Positions 19,704-29,596 of a DNA stretch of 64,000 nt are shown here, one piece after another. Every line of letters begins with the position of its first letter. Positions within the stretch are counted from its first letter, which is position 1. Below the pieces are notes generated by a model. That model made no database searches and was not told the origin of the DNA. It saw only the letters and a program-made list of their open reading frames with translations. This stretch comes from Puniceicoccaceae bacterium (GTDB taxonomy: Bacteria; Verrucomicrobiota; Verrucomicrobiia; Opitutales; Oceanipulchritudinaceae): NCBI GenBank assembly GCA_040830765.1, contig JBFOMH010000021.1, forward strand, positions 1-64,000, given 5' to 3'. Made by a program: the position numbers and the translations under genes.

Positions 19704-21235
19704 ACACAAACCCACCCGGAATCCGGATGACCCCAATTTCCAGATACGCCAGACTTTCCGCCTTTCTCCTGATGGCGATGGTCTGCCTTGGCCTTTCCGG
19801 AGCTGAGCGGCCCCGGCTCATCATCCTGGCCGACATGGGCAACGAGCCGGATGAAGAGCAGCAAATGGCGCACTTCCTCCTTTACGCCAATGAATTTGAT
19901 ATTGAGGGCCTGGTCGCCGTTACCGGCAAGTTTCTGCGCAAGGATCCCCGACCAGACCTCTTCTTCGACCTTATTAAAGGTTATGCCGGGGTGGAGGCCA
20001 AGCTGCGCCTGCACGCCCCGGGATGGCCTACCGCGGCCTATCTGCAGTCGGTGGTGGCGGCCGGCCAACGGCACTATGGCCACCAGTCAACCGGGCCGGG
20101 CCGCAGTTCTCAAGGCTCACGCTTGATCGAGGCCGCCCTCACGAACGCGGATCCGCGACCACTCCACATCATTGTCAATGCAGGGTCCAACACCCTCCTG
20201 CAGGCCCTGATCGATCTCGAGGCACGGCTGCAGCCGGACGTATTCAAGGCCGCCCTGGGCAAGTTGCGGGTCTACGAGAACGGGGCCCAGGACAACTCAG
20301 GTTCCCTGATTTGCCACCGCTGGCCCGGGTTGAACTGGATTCGAAGTAATTACCAGACCTACAGTTACGGGGGTCCGGGGAGGGATGCCCGCAAGGACGG
20401 CCCGGATTCGACAAGCCTGCTGGGGCCATATTGCTGGACCCCATACCCGGAGTCGGCACTGGGGCAGCATTTGTGGTTCATGGAGCATGTGAAAGTGGAG
20501 CATGGACCTCTGCTGAAGCGCTGGCCCTTGCGGCAGATCCATACCAGCGGACGTCTGGAGCCGGTCGAGGGTGGGGGAACGATTCCCTGGTTGCGGCTGC
20601 TCGAGGTCGGACTTGGCGGTGTGGACAATCCCGACTGGGGCAACTGGGGAGGGCGGTATGAAACCGTCCGGAGTGAGAACCTGTTTTCCAAGCATGCCGA
20701 CATCCGAGAGGACGAACAGTCGGTAATCCCGTTCCGGATGTTCGGTGAGGCCGCCGATACCTGGACCGACCTATCCTCAGGTGTCCGGTATCTGGAAAAC
20801 ATCTACGCACCGGTCTGGCGCTGGCGAGAGGCATTCTACAGTGATTTTGCCGCCCGGGCCGATTGGTGTGTCATGGATTACGCCGAGGCGAATCATCCCC
20901 CACAGGTCATCCTGGATGGCTATGCGGACGATTCAGTGATTCATCTTGATGCCCTTCCCGGGTCCGCGTGGTCGCTTGATGCCTCTTCTTCCTCCGATCC
21001 CGACGGAGACGCATTGACCTATGACTGGTGGATTTATGCCGAGGCCGGTTCCCACCCGGCGGCATCGGAAACACAGCTTGCAGACGAGGGTCCGGTCGCC
21101 ACAATTGAATTACCGGAAAGTCCTGGCACGGGAACAGTGCACCTAATCCTCGAGGTTTCCGACACCGGTAACCGGCATGCCTTTACTCGTTACCGGAGAA
21201 TCATCTTCAACCTGACAACAACGGCCGTACAATGA
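19700..21235 (+). CDS. DUF1593 (nucleoside-hydrolase-like) secreted protein with C-terminal Ig-like domain
   Basis: RLIILADMGNEPDEEQ..FLLYANEFDIEGL, WGGRY, FAARADWC...ANHPP, LDASSSSDPDGDALTYDWW, RYRRII. Start may be ATG 19727. Confidence 0.85.
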   Translation: MNTNPPGIRMTPISRYARLSAFLLMAMVCLGLSGAERPRLIILADMGNEPDEEQQMAHFLLYANEFDIEGLVAVTGKFLRKDPRPDLFFDLIKGYAGVEAKLRLHAPGWPTAAYLQSVVAAGQRHYGHQSTGPGRSSQGSRLIEAALTNADPRPLHIIVNAGSNTLLQALIDLEARLQPDVFKAALGKLRVYENGAQDNSGSLICHRWPGLNWIRSNYQTYSYGGPGRDARKDGPDSTSLLGPYCWTPYPESALGQHLWFMEHVKVEHGPLLKRWPLRQIHTSGRLEPVEGGGTIPWLRLLEVGLGGVDNPDWGNWGGRYETVRSENLFSKHADIREDEQSVIPFRMFGEAADTWTDLSSGVRYLENIYAPVWRWREAFYSDFAARADWCVMDYAEANHPPQVILDGYADDSVIHLDALPGSAWSLDASSSSDPDGDALTYDWWIYAEAGSHPAASETQLADEGPVATIELPESPGTGTVHLILEVSDTGNRHAFTRYRRIIFNLTTTAVQ

Positions 21236-22647
21236 ACTTTCCCAAAGCCCGTCTCATCACTCTTCTTTCGATAGCCTTCCTCGGGGCATTCTTTTCCGCC
21301 AACCTGCAGGCCTCCAGCCAGCCGCCGAATGTCCTCTTCATCGCGGTGGATGATTTACGACCGGAGCTGGGTTGCTACGGGGCTGACCACATGAAGACCC
21401 CGAACATTGACCGGTTGGCCTCCATGGGGACCCTTTTTAAAAGGGCCTACTGCAATGTCGCCGTCTGCGGGGCCTCACGGGCCAGCCTGATGAGCGGGAT
21501 CCGGCCGACTGCAAACCGTTTCCTGCGGCACACCGCCCGCCAGGACGAACAGGCTCCGGATGTTCCCAGCCTGGCGGAGCACTTCCGGGCAAACGGGTAC
21601 TACTCGATTTCCAACGGGAAGATTTATCATTTCAGCGCGGACACTCCGGAGAGCTGGTCGGAACCGGCCTGGAAGCCGGACCAGGGGCATGCCAGGTACC
21701 TGATTGCGGAAAATGCCGCCATTGCGGAACAAAATCCCAAGGGCCGGGGTCCTGCCTTCGAGGCAGCAGAGGTCCCGGACAATGCCTATCCGGACGGGAT
21801 GGTGGCGGATAAGGCCATCAGCGACCTGCATCGTCTGAAGGCAATGGATCAGCCCTTCTTCCTTGCCGTCGGTTTCATCCGGCCGCACCTGCCCTTTAAT
21901 GCCCCGAAAAAGTATTGGGATCTCTATGACAGGAACTCCGTCCGACAGCCGGATAATCACTTCTTCCCGCTGGGTGCCCCGGAGGAGGCCCGCTACACCT
22001 TCGGTGAGCTTCGCAACTATTCCAATATCCCTGATGAGGTGCCCATTTCCGATCCCGAATTGAGGATTTCCCTGCGGCACGGTTACTATGCCGCGACCAG
22101 CTTTGCCGATGCCCTTGTCGGCAAGGTTGTCGACACCCTGGAGCGTCTTGGACTCGCGGAGAACACGATCATTGTCCTTTGGGGTGATCACGGTTGGCAA
22201 CTTGGCGAGCACACCTATTGGTGCAAACATACCAACTTTGAGGTCGCGGTGCAGGTTCCCCTGATCATCGTTGATCCCCGTAAGCCCAAGGGAAACAAGG
22301 TCAATGCCCTTGTCGAATACGTCGATATCTATCCCACACTCTGTGAGTTGGCCGGACTAGAGCTTCCCGGCCACCTGCAGGGAGAAAGCATGATGCCATT
22401 GCTGCTTGACCCCGCAGCACCGGGGAAAACAGCTGTCTTCAGTCGCTTCGGAAGGGGTGAATCCATCCGCACCGACCGCTACCGCTACACGGCCTTCTTC
22501 GATGGGGAGACCATCGTCTCCGACATGCTCTATGACCACCTCGCGGATCCCCATGAAAATATCAACATTGTTGATATTAAGGGATCTGAAGCTATTGTTG
22601 AGACCTTACAATCCACGCTCTTATCACACATTGAAGGACGCCAATGA
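21232..22647 (+). CDS. Secreted Cys-type S1 sulfatase (iduronate-2-sulfatase-like)
   Basis: PNVLFIAVDDLRP, CGASRASLMSG (CxxxR), GKIYH, RPHLPF, GDHG, WCKH. Confidence 0.93.
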   Translation: MNFPKARLITLLSIAFLGAFFSANLQASSQPPNVLFIAVDDLRPELGCYGADHMKTPNIDRLASMGTLFKRAYCNVAVCGASRASLMSGIRPTANRFLRHTARQDEQAPDVPSLAEHFRANGYYSISNGKIYHFSADTPESWSEPAWKPDQGHARYLIAENAAIAEQNPKGRGPAFEAAEVPDNAYPDGMVADKAISDLHRLKAMDQPFFLAVGFIRPHLPFNAPKKYWDLYDRNSVRQPDNHFFPLGAPEEARYTFGELRNYSNIPDEVPISDPELRISLRHGYYAATSFADALVGKVVDTLERLGLAENTIIVLWGDHGWQLGEHTYWCKHTNFEVAVQVPLIIVDPRKPKGNKVNALVEYVDIYPTLCELAGLELPGHLQGESMMPLLLDPAAPGKTAVFSRFGRGESIRTDRYRYTAFFDGETIVSDMLYDHLADPHENINIVDIKGSEAIVETLQSTLLSHIEGRQ

Positions 22648-23381
22648 AAACACACCAACCCTGCCTTACCCTTGCCATCTCACTCGCCATTCTGGGCTTG
22701 TCCCAGACCGGCTTTAGCGAAGCGGTTTCTCCGGAGCCGTCCCTTCCACGTTCGCCGGAGCTGATAACCGACATCACCGCTTTGGTACCTCAGTCGCTGG
22801 CTAACGAGGATATCGACGATCCGCGGGTCACCTGCATGGTCCAGATCAACCACCTTGGCAATGTGGAGGACATTGTCAGTCTCAAGGCCAGCCATTCAGG
22901 ACTGATAACCCGCGCCGAGAACCTCATCCGCGAAGCCGAGTTTTATCCCGGGGAGCTGGCAGAAAATGAATCGGTCCGGCTGGAAATAGTATTGGGATTC
23001 ATCTATCCATCCCAGGCCGGGCTGAGTTCCAAGACGACCATGGATGACGTTGAGATCATGATCGGCATGGTCAAGTCGGAGGACCATAGCGTTGCCTTCA
23101 AGAATCCCCCGGAACTGGACGCGATGCCGAAAATCCTCGAGACGGGGCAAATTTATGTTGCTGAGGACCCGGATGGGAACCGGATTCCGGGATCGGCCAA
23201 GATTGAGTTCTATATCAATCATCTGGGAGAGGTCCGGCTTCCGCGGATTATCGAGTCCTCGCACCCGGAGATTTCCAAGGCGGCGATCCTCTCTGTCCAG
23301 GACATGCGCTTCACCCCGCCGCTTTCGGATGGACGGCCTGTCGTGACCAAGCTGCGCATGCCCTTCAACTCAGGGGCTTGA
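22644..23381 (+). CDS. TonB-family protein with two TonB C-terminal-like domains
   Basis: N-terminal hydrophobic segment; repeated 'INHLG-V' units; ends AKIEFYINHLGEVRLPRII...MRFTPP..DGRPV. Confidence 0.75.
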   Translation: MKTHQPCLTLAISLAILGLSQTGFSEAVSPEPSLPRSPELITDITALVPQSLANEDIDDPRVTCMVQINHLGNVEDIVSLKASHSGLITRAENLIREAEFYPGELAENESVRLEIVLGFIYPSQAGLSSKTTMDDVEIMIGMVKSEDHSVAFKNPPELDAMPKILETGQIYVAEDPDGNRIPGSAKIEFYINHLGEVRLPRIIESSHPEISKAAILSVQDMRFTPPLSDGRPVVTKLRMPFNSGA

Positions 23382-23397
23382 CGGTATATCTTATTAT

Positions 23398-24339
23398 ATG
23401 ACAACCACTCTCAAGAAATTTTTCCTCTCGCTTCTGGGTGCCGGGGCCATTGCTTCAACCTGTCACGCGGAGCTCACGCTCCTGTTCCGTGAAGACTGGG
23501 CAGAGATTCCCTTCGCCCTGCCGATCACCCAGGAGCATGTGGCCAACCCGGACCTGCAGCTTCACCTCTATGGCGGGGCAGTGGACTACCTGAAAAAGAG
23601 CAACCACGACAACATCCCCAACGATCCCTATTATGTCTGGTCCGGGGAAATCCGGGATACCGCGAACTGGGCCGCAACGCTCGGTTTCAAGGACGGGACG
23701 GTCATGGACCTTACCGGCGAGGCGAGCATCCGCTGGCGCACCCGCCAAAGCGGTGAGCATTGCCTGCGGGTCGTCTTGCGCCTTGTTGGTGGTTACTGGC
23801 TGATCTCAGGGCCCCTGGATTGTGAGTCGGCAGATTGGCAGGTTACGGGGCATCGTTTCAGCAGGCTTACCTGGGTCAGGTTGGAGGCGGGAGAACTGGA
23901 TTTTGCCAATATTTAGGAAGTCGCCTCACCGGATCTCTCTGCTGTGGTCGAGGTGGGGTTTACGGACATGAAGGCCGCCAACGGCACCCCGAGTTCATCC
24001 CGGGTGGACTGGCTGGAGGTGCGGGGAAAATCCGTTAACCTAAGCTGGTACAGCGCCTATCCGGAGATCGACGGCTGGCGTACGGTCCCGTGGTTGGGCC
24101 GGATATCGGTTGCGCTCGATCCCTGGGTTTTCCACGAGCACATGAGCTGGATCCAGGTATTCGAGGGGCAAAACGGAAGCTTTGTCATCTGGGATCCGGA
24201 AATCGGATGGACATGGACCGCCGAAGGCTGGTTCCCGTATCTTTACTCCTACGGTAACACCTGCTGGTATTATTTCCTGAGCGGTCCCAGTCCGCGTTGG
24301 TTTTTCAACCTGAACACGGGCGAGTGGGAACTGTTCTGA
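23398..24339 (+). pseudogene. Secreted protein with C-terminal Trp-rich domain, interrupted by an in-frame TAG at 23914-23916
   Basis: ORFs 23398-23916 and 23944-24339 share a frame; read through they give ...LDFANI*EVASPDLSAVVEVGFTDM...; the second part has no signal peptide. Confidence 0.75.
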
Positions 24340-24363
24340 TCTGCCGGAGGCGCAATAACCGCT

Positions 24364-26775
24364 TCAATTGAAGGCTGTTTCTATCCGGTGACTGCCGGGG
24401 CCGAGTTGCAAATCGCCCGCCACGCCGACCGCAACCGCCTGACCATTCAAGGCAGCCTCGCCAGAAGAGCCCTCGGGCAGAACCACGGTACAGGTAGAGC
24501 CCTCGGGAACAATCGCCTCGATACTCAACTTGCCGTCGGACAGCTTCCATGAGGATCCGGCTTTGCCTTGTGGGGTTCGGAGGGTAGCGCGGGCCCAGGT
24601 CAGGTTGCCCCCGGGTTGTGGCCGAACAAAGAAGTGCTTGTAACCGGGATTGTCCGGATCGGGGGCGAGGCCGGCAATCGTCTCGTACATCCATTGTCCG
24701 ATGGCCCCGTAGGCATAGTGGTTGAAGGAATTCATGGCCACATTGCCGAATCCTTCAGCGTGGCTGTAGCTGTTCCATCGTTCCCACATGGTTGTCGCTC
24801 CCTGGTGAATGGAGAATATCCAACTGGGATAGGTCTCCTTGAGGACGATCTCGTAGGCCAGCTTGGTCTTGCCGTAGCGGGTCAAGGTTGGCGCCAGGAG
24901 AGGGGTACCGACAAAGCCGGTACCGAGATGGTTGTCGGCTTCCTCAATTAGCCGAATAAGGTTATCGAGGGCCTGTACCTCAGCCTCCTCGTCCAGCAGG
25001 TCGAAGGCGAGAGCGAGAAGGTAGGCTGTCTGGGTGTCTGAGGACAGTTTGCCCTCGGGTAGCCAGAAGGTCTCCACAAAGACCTGCCGGACTTCCTCAG
25101 CGAGCTTTTTCAAGCGTTCCGCCTCCTCGACCTCACCAATCAACCCGGCGATCCTGGCGGTTAGCCCTGCACCGTAGGCGAAATGGGCCGTGCCGATAAG
25201 GGAACGGTTGGTATCCCCCTTGTTGTCACCATTCTTTGGATACGGCTGCAGCCAGTCCCCGTAGCCGGTTTCCTCGCGGACCAGGCCGGGTGAGTTGGTT
25301 TTCTGGTAATCGAGCCAGGCCAGCATGGCCTCAAAGTTGTCACGCAAAATACCAATGTCACCATAGCGTACATAAATTTCCCAGGGAATGAGATAAATGG
25401 CATCCGACCAAGCCGGGCTTTCACGGAAGGAGCTTTTGAAACCATCCGGCGCGATGACCGGGACGGACCCGTCCTCCCGTTGAGCGTCCCGCACATCGAT
25501 CATCCATTTGTTAAAAAAGTCGAGGACATCGAAGTTGAAGCTGGCCGTGGGGCAGAATATCTGGGCATCACCGGTCCAGCCAAGGCGTTCGTTGCGCTGG
25601 GGACAATCGGTGGGGACCTCGAGGAAATTGCCTTTCTGCCCCCAGATGATATTGCTTTGCAGCTGATTGAGAAGATCATTCGAGCAGGCAAATTCACCGG
25701 ATTGATCCATGTCGGTGTGCAGGACAATCCCTTCCACCCAGTCTGCGCTTGGGACGGCGTCTTCCGGCAGGCCAGCCAGCCCGACATAACGGAATCCATG
25801 GAATGTGAACGTAGGCTCCCATTCCTCAAGATCAGAGCCTCCCCGGGCTATGTAAATGTTAGTGGACTTCGCTGAGCGGTAATTTTCAGTATAGAGATTA
25901 CCATCCTGCTGCAGCATCTCGGCAAAGCGGATGGTGATTTCCCGGCCCTCCTCTGAGGGTAGACGGACCTTCGCCCAGCCAACCATGTTCTGGCCGAGAT
26001 CGAAGAGCCATTCCCCGTTGGGGGCCTTCCAGAACTTTTGTGTCGAAAGTATGTTCATGCGGCGAACCGGGCGAATCCTGGCCGGCTCGATGAGGACATC
26101 GGCATCCAACGGCCGCATGGCCACAGATTCCCATCCGGAGTCGTCAAAACCGCTGCGGTCCCAGCCGTCCATTTCCAGCCGGGCATCGTAGATCTCCCCG
26201 TCGTAAATATCGGACATCAGGATGGGTCCAGTTGCCGTCTTCCAGGAGTCATCTGTGGTGAGAAGGATATCCCGACCGTTTGCTCCGGGCGTTTCCATCT
26301 GCAACAAAAATTCGGGATAGTCCCCGTAACAGGCTCGTCGGTTGATGAACATCTTCCCGCAATACCAGCCATCACCAAGCATAACGCCGATGGTGTTCGT
26401 TCCCTCACGGAGCAGATCCGAGACCTCGAAGGTCTGGTACGGGACCCGGGTATGGTAATCCGTCCATCCGGGTGAGAGTTCCCCGTCACCGACCCGCTGG
26501 CCATTGATGTAGAGTTCATAGAGCCCGAGGGCTGTCACGTGGGCGACCACACTTGAGGGAACCGCCTCAAGCTCGAATTCCTTGCGCAGGTAAGGGGCAG
26601 GCCCCGGCTCATTGCGGTCCACGCCTTCCATGTAAATCCATTGTGCTTTCCAGTCCACAGTTGTCTCTTTCTCTGACGTTGCAATTGTCGTTAAAGCCAT
26701 GCTCCCGCAGCCCAGCAAGGTGGCGGCCAGGGCTGCCGTGAAACGGCGGGTTATCCTCGAAAAATATATGTCCAT
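24364..26775 (-). CDS. Alpha-L-rhamnosidase, GH78
   Basis: TALGLYE, PGWTDY, DLGQNMVGW, FTFHGFRY, PTDCPQRNERLGWTGD, GATTMWERW, NSFNHYAYG. Confidence 0.95.
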   Translation of the reverse strand: MDIYFSRITRRFTAALAATLLGCGSMALTTIATSEKETTVDWKAQWIYMEGVDRNEPGPAPYLRKEFELEAVPSSVVAHVTALGLYELYINGQRVGDGELSPGWTDYHTRVPYQTFEVSDLLREGTNTIGVMLGDGWYCGKMFINRRACYGDYPEFLLQMETPGANGRDILLTTDDSWKTATGPILMSDIYDGEIYDARLEMDGWDRSGFDDSGWESVAMRPLDADVLIEPARIRPVRRMNILSTQKFWKAPNGEWLFDLGQNMVGWAKVRLPSEEGREITIRFAEMLQQDGNLYTENYRSAKSTNIYIARGGSDLEEWEPTFTFHGFRYVGLAGLPEDAVPSADWVEGIVLHTDMDQSGEFACSNDLLNQLQSNIIWGQKGNFLEVPTDCPQRNERLGWTGDAQIFCPTASFNFDVLDFFNKWMIDVRDAQREDGSVPVIAPDGFKSSFRESPAWSDAIYLIPWEIYVRYGDIGILRDNFEAMLAWLDYQKTNSPGLVREETGYGDWLQPYPKNGDNKGDTNRSLIGTAHFAYGAGLTARIAGLIGEVEEAERLKKLAEEVRQVFVETFWLPEGKLSSDTQTAYLLALAFDLLDEEAEVQALDNLIRLIEEADNHLGTGFVGTPLLAPTLTRYGKTKLAYEIVLKETYPSWIFSIHQGATTMWERWNSYSHAEGFGNVAMNSFNHYAYGAIGQWMYETIAGLAPDPDNPGYKHFFVRPQPGGNLTWARATLRTPQGKAGSSWKLSDGKLSIEAIVPEGSTCTVVLPEGSSGEAALNGQAVAVGVAGDLQLGPGSHRIETAFN

Positions 26776-29411
26776 GTGCTTGCGCCCGGGGTTAGGGTTT
26801 TGCTGGCCAGGTACATCCAGCTGTTCAGGTTAACGCAGTATACGTAGGGGAAAGCTGAATATTCAAGCCAGCCTAAGGGAGGGCCATAATCGAGCCAATC
26901 CCCGGTGGATTGTTCCGTAAACGCCGCCTTGGTCGACGGGTCGGCAGTGAGAAGGGAGTCACCGTACTGTAGTGAACTGCCACTACCAATGTAAAGGGAC
27001 TTGAGGTCGCCATTCTCACTTGTCGTCACGACCCCGAAGTGACCGGTAAAGGTGATGCCCAATCCGGGATTGGAGTAGGTTTCGTCAAGGTTATCCAGGA
27101 TGATGATGTATTGCCGCAACAATTCGCCATCAATCATGCTTTCGACAACGAGACCCTTGAAGGGGCCGCCATCATTGAGATTCTCAACCGACTGGATGGC
27201 CGGCCCCTCGGTGGCGTTGGTATAGGATTCGAATACACAGGCAAAAGGATTGGTCCATGCCTCTCCATCCTGGCGGACAACCATGGTGGGGATGTCCCGC
27301 CCGGCATAGGAGGTCGGGGCGTTCTTTGACGAAGGAGCCATCGCCTTGCTATAGGTCTGGAGCGGTCCACCGGGCATATGGATATCCATGGAGGCGGGTC
27401 CCCGTGGCATGCGGAAGATGTTGAAGCGGGCCTGGACAGGTTCTGCAGTTGCAGTCGCTGTGTAGACCTCCTCAAAGAAGTGCCACCCGGGATTGCGGTA
27501 CTGCCGGTTCTGCTGCCAGGGCAGATTGAGGCTGTTGTGAAAGCGAGCAGGGGTCGGGACGAATAGGAACGGGTCCGGTCCTTCGGGAAAGGACAGGCTT
27601 TCCCCGACATTATGGTAAACATAGTCGTGGTACTGGCCCGGGGTGTCGGAGCGGGCCCGGAAGACATCGACATAGTAACCGCGGGTAGGGGAAGTCCGGA
27701 TAAGGGCCAGTGTGCGCTGATGCTCGGCCGGGGCCATTGTGTTGTGGCGGTCGTAAAAGGTCGTCGTGCTGAAGGAGTGCCACGGTGAGACCGCATCCTC
27801 CCTCGGCATGGGTTCCATGGCCTTCAGCTGGACGGTCTCGATACCAAGGTTGACCCATCCGCCGGATCCGGCGGAGGCCCCGTTGGAAATAACCGTGTTG
27901 TGGGCTGCGAAGATGCGGTAGTAGTTTTCATGGATATCGGACCGGTAGCTGCCGGGCCCGCTATCGATGCCGAGGACCTCCCCCTCGCCATAGAGCTCGA
28001 TGTTCATCCCGGAGGCGTGTCCATGGACATAGCCAGCCCCACCGACAAAGAGCATCAAGCCGGCATTTTCCGGATCGGTACTACTCTCGTTCCGCTGGAT
28101 GAAGATGCCGGCAAATGGCAGTTCATCGGTCCTTGGTTTAGGATACTCAGTTGCCTCCCCGAGCAGGTCCGGGACAGCCCAAAGCAGGCGGATGGGGGTG
28201 AAGTAGGGATGGGCCCCATAGCTTCGCGAGGGAAGGGTTGCCCTGTTATAGTTGCCCTTGGCGATGCCTGTTTTGATGAGGGAACCGAAGCGGATCATGC
28301 TTTCCGTATCTCCGGCCAGGGAGGAGAGGTAATAGGCTTTTTCAAAGGCAAGGAAGTCCGGGCCATAATAGCGGGCCCCGTCGCCAAAGCTGATGACGTC
28401 GTCATTGGGATAGCGCAGCGGATCCATGCGCCCGTTGGCGGCGACCACGTTGGGGTACTTCTGGGCCAGATCGAGATCCGGATAGAGGCGGTCCAGAACC
28501 CCCATCAGGTAAGTGGACAATTCTGCTACCCCGGTCGAGTATTGCAGGGATTCCGGCCAGATGTCACCCGGCTTCTCGTAGCTTTGCGCCACTACGGAAA
28601 GCGGATCCTGCCGGGTCGTGTTCTTGTTCAGGTAGAAGGGCAGGTACTGGTCAATCTTCTCCTGCGTGTCCATCATGAGGGTATTGCCAACGAGACTCGG
28701 CGATTCCAGAACCGACCAGTTGGAGCCGGAGTGACCCACCTCAATGGCCATGTCGGCATAGGTCTTGAAGACCGTCTGTGCATCAGCAAAGGGGAAGTCC
28801 CGCTCCCCGCCGGTGACGATATCGTGGACCTTGGCCCCGTTCTGGACAAAGGTATAGATGAAGTCGCAGGCTACCGGTATCTGGGCACCGAAAATGCGCG
28901 CCTCCTTGAGGTGGTCGCTGGTATAGACCAGTCCCCCGTTGCCCGCTGAACCCTTCCGCTCCATCCGGGCGAGGCAGGAAACCACCACCCCCATGATGTC
29001 GGCCGCCGCCTGGGCATAGCGCTCCTCGCCGGTCAGGTAGTAAACCACCCCGCATTCAATGGCATCCTGCAGGAAGGGCATGATGATGTAGCGGTCGCTC
29101 TCACTGCTGGTGATGTATCGGAACCGCGGGTGGGCAGCCTGACCAGCATACCAGTCGAGTGGAAGTTCCTTCAGGAAGGCATCCCGATCGGTTTGGTGCT
29201 TGCTGACAGCAAGGTCCGCCCGGGCCCGCAAGTTGTTGAAAAATGTGCCCGCCCACGCCTCGTTGTGAATCTTTTCATTGATGGCCTCTTTATCGTCCGG
29301 AGACACCCAGATGCGCGGGTGTTCGAGGGCCGCTTTGGCTGAAAACAGGCACAGGTGTAGGGTGAAGAGCAACACGGCAGATTTTCGCAGCTCAGTTATT
29401 CGGGGTTTCAT
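26751..29411 (-). CDS. Heparinase II/III-like polysaccharide lyase with C-terminal Trp-rich domain
   Basis: Signal peptide, HPRIW, WPESLQYS, FGDG, HGHASGMNIELYG, AAHNTVI, YYVDVFR, HDYVYHN. Confidence 0.8.
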   Translation of the reverse strand: MKPRITELRKSAVLLFTLHLCLFSAKAALEHPRIWVSPDDKEAINEKIHNEAWAGTFFNNLRARADLAVSKHQTDRDAFLKELPLDWYAGQAAHPRFRYITSSESDRYIIMPFLQDAIECGVVYYLTGEERYAQAAADIMGVVVSCLARMERKGSAGNGGLVYTSDHLKEARIFGAQIPVACDFIYTFVQNGAKVHDIVTGGERDFPFADAQTVFKTYADMAIEVGHSGSNWSVLESPSLVGNTLMMDTQEKIDQYLPFYLNKNTTRQDPLSVVAQSYEKPGDIWPESLQYSTGVAELSTYLMGVLDRLYPDLDLAQKYPNVVAANGRMDPLRYPNDDVISFGDGARYYGPDFLAFEKAYYLSSLAGDTESMIRFGSLIKTGIAKGNYNRATLPSRSYGAHPYFTPIRLLWAVPDLLGEATEYPKPRTDELPFAGIFIQRNESSTDPENAGLMLFVGGAGYVHGHASGMNIELYGEGEVLGIDSGPGSYRSDIHENYYRIFAAHNTVISNGASAGSGGWVNLGIETVQLKAMEPMPREDAVSPWHSFSTTTFYDRHNTMAPAEHQRTLALIRTSPTRGYYVDVFRARSDTPGQYHDYVYHNVGESLSFPEGPDPFLFVPTPARFHNSLNLPWQQNRQYRNPGWHFFEEVYTATATAEPVQARFNIFRMPRGPASMDIHMPGGPLQTYSKAMAPSSKNAPTSYAGRDIPTMVVRQDGEAWTNPFACVFESYTNATEGPAIQSVENLNDGGPFKGLVVESMIDGELLRQYIIILDNLDETYSNPGLGITFTGHFGVVTTSENGDLKSLYIGSGSSLQYGDSLLTADPSTKAAFTEQSTGDWLDYGPPLGWLEYSAFPYVYCVNLNSWMYLASKTLTPGASTWTYIFRG

Positions 29412-29596
29412 CCCACCACTTTGGGCAATCGTTCAGGGATAGGAACCCATTGCCCTTCCTAACTGTATTATGGGGTGGATCCTGGAAGGTGCCTTGTATC
29501 AAACCATATTTCTACAATAAGGAGCACTAAAGTTTTGTTGGGATAATTGGCATGGACCTACTTTCAGGGAGTCCGTCGGGCATCCTTTTACCACCA

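Noticed and set aside
23914..23916. Genome-wide TAG recoding or pyrrolysine
   Set aside because: TAG ends many clearly complete genes here (e.g. 32071, 39074, 43846, 47583, 63072), and no pyl genes are visible.
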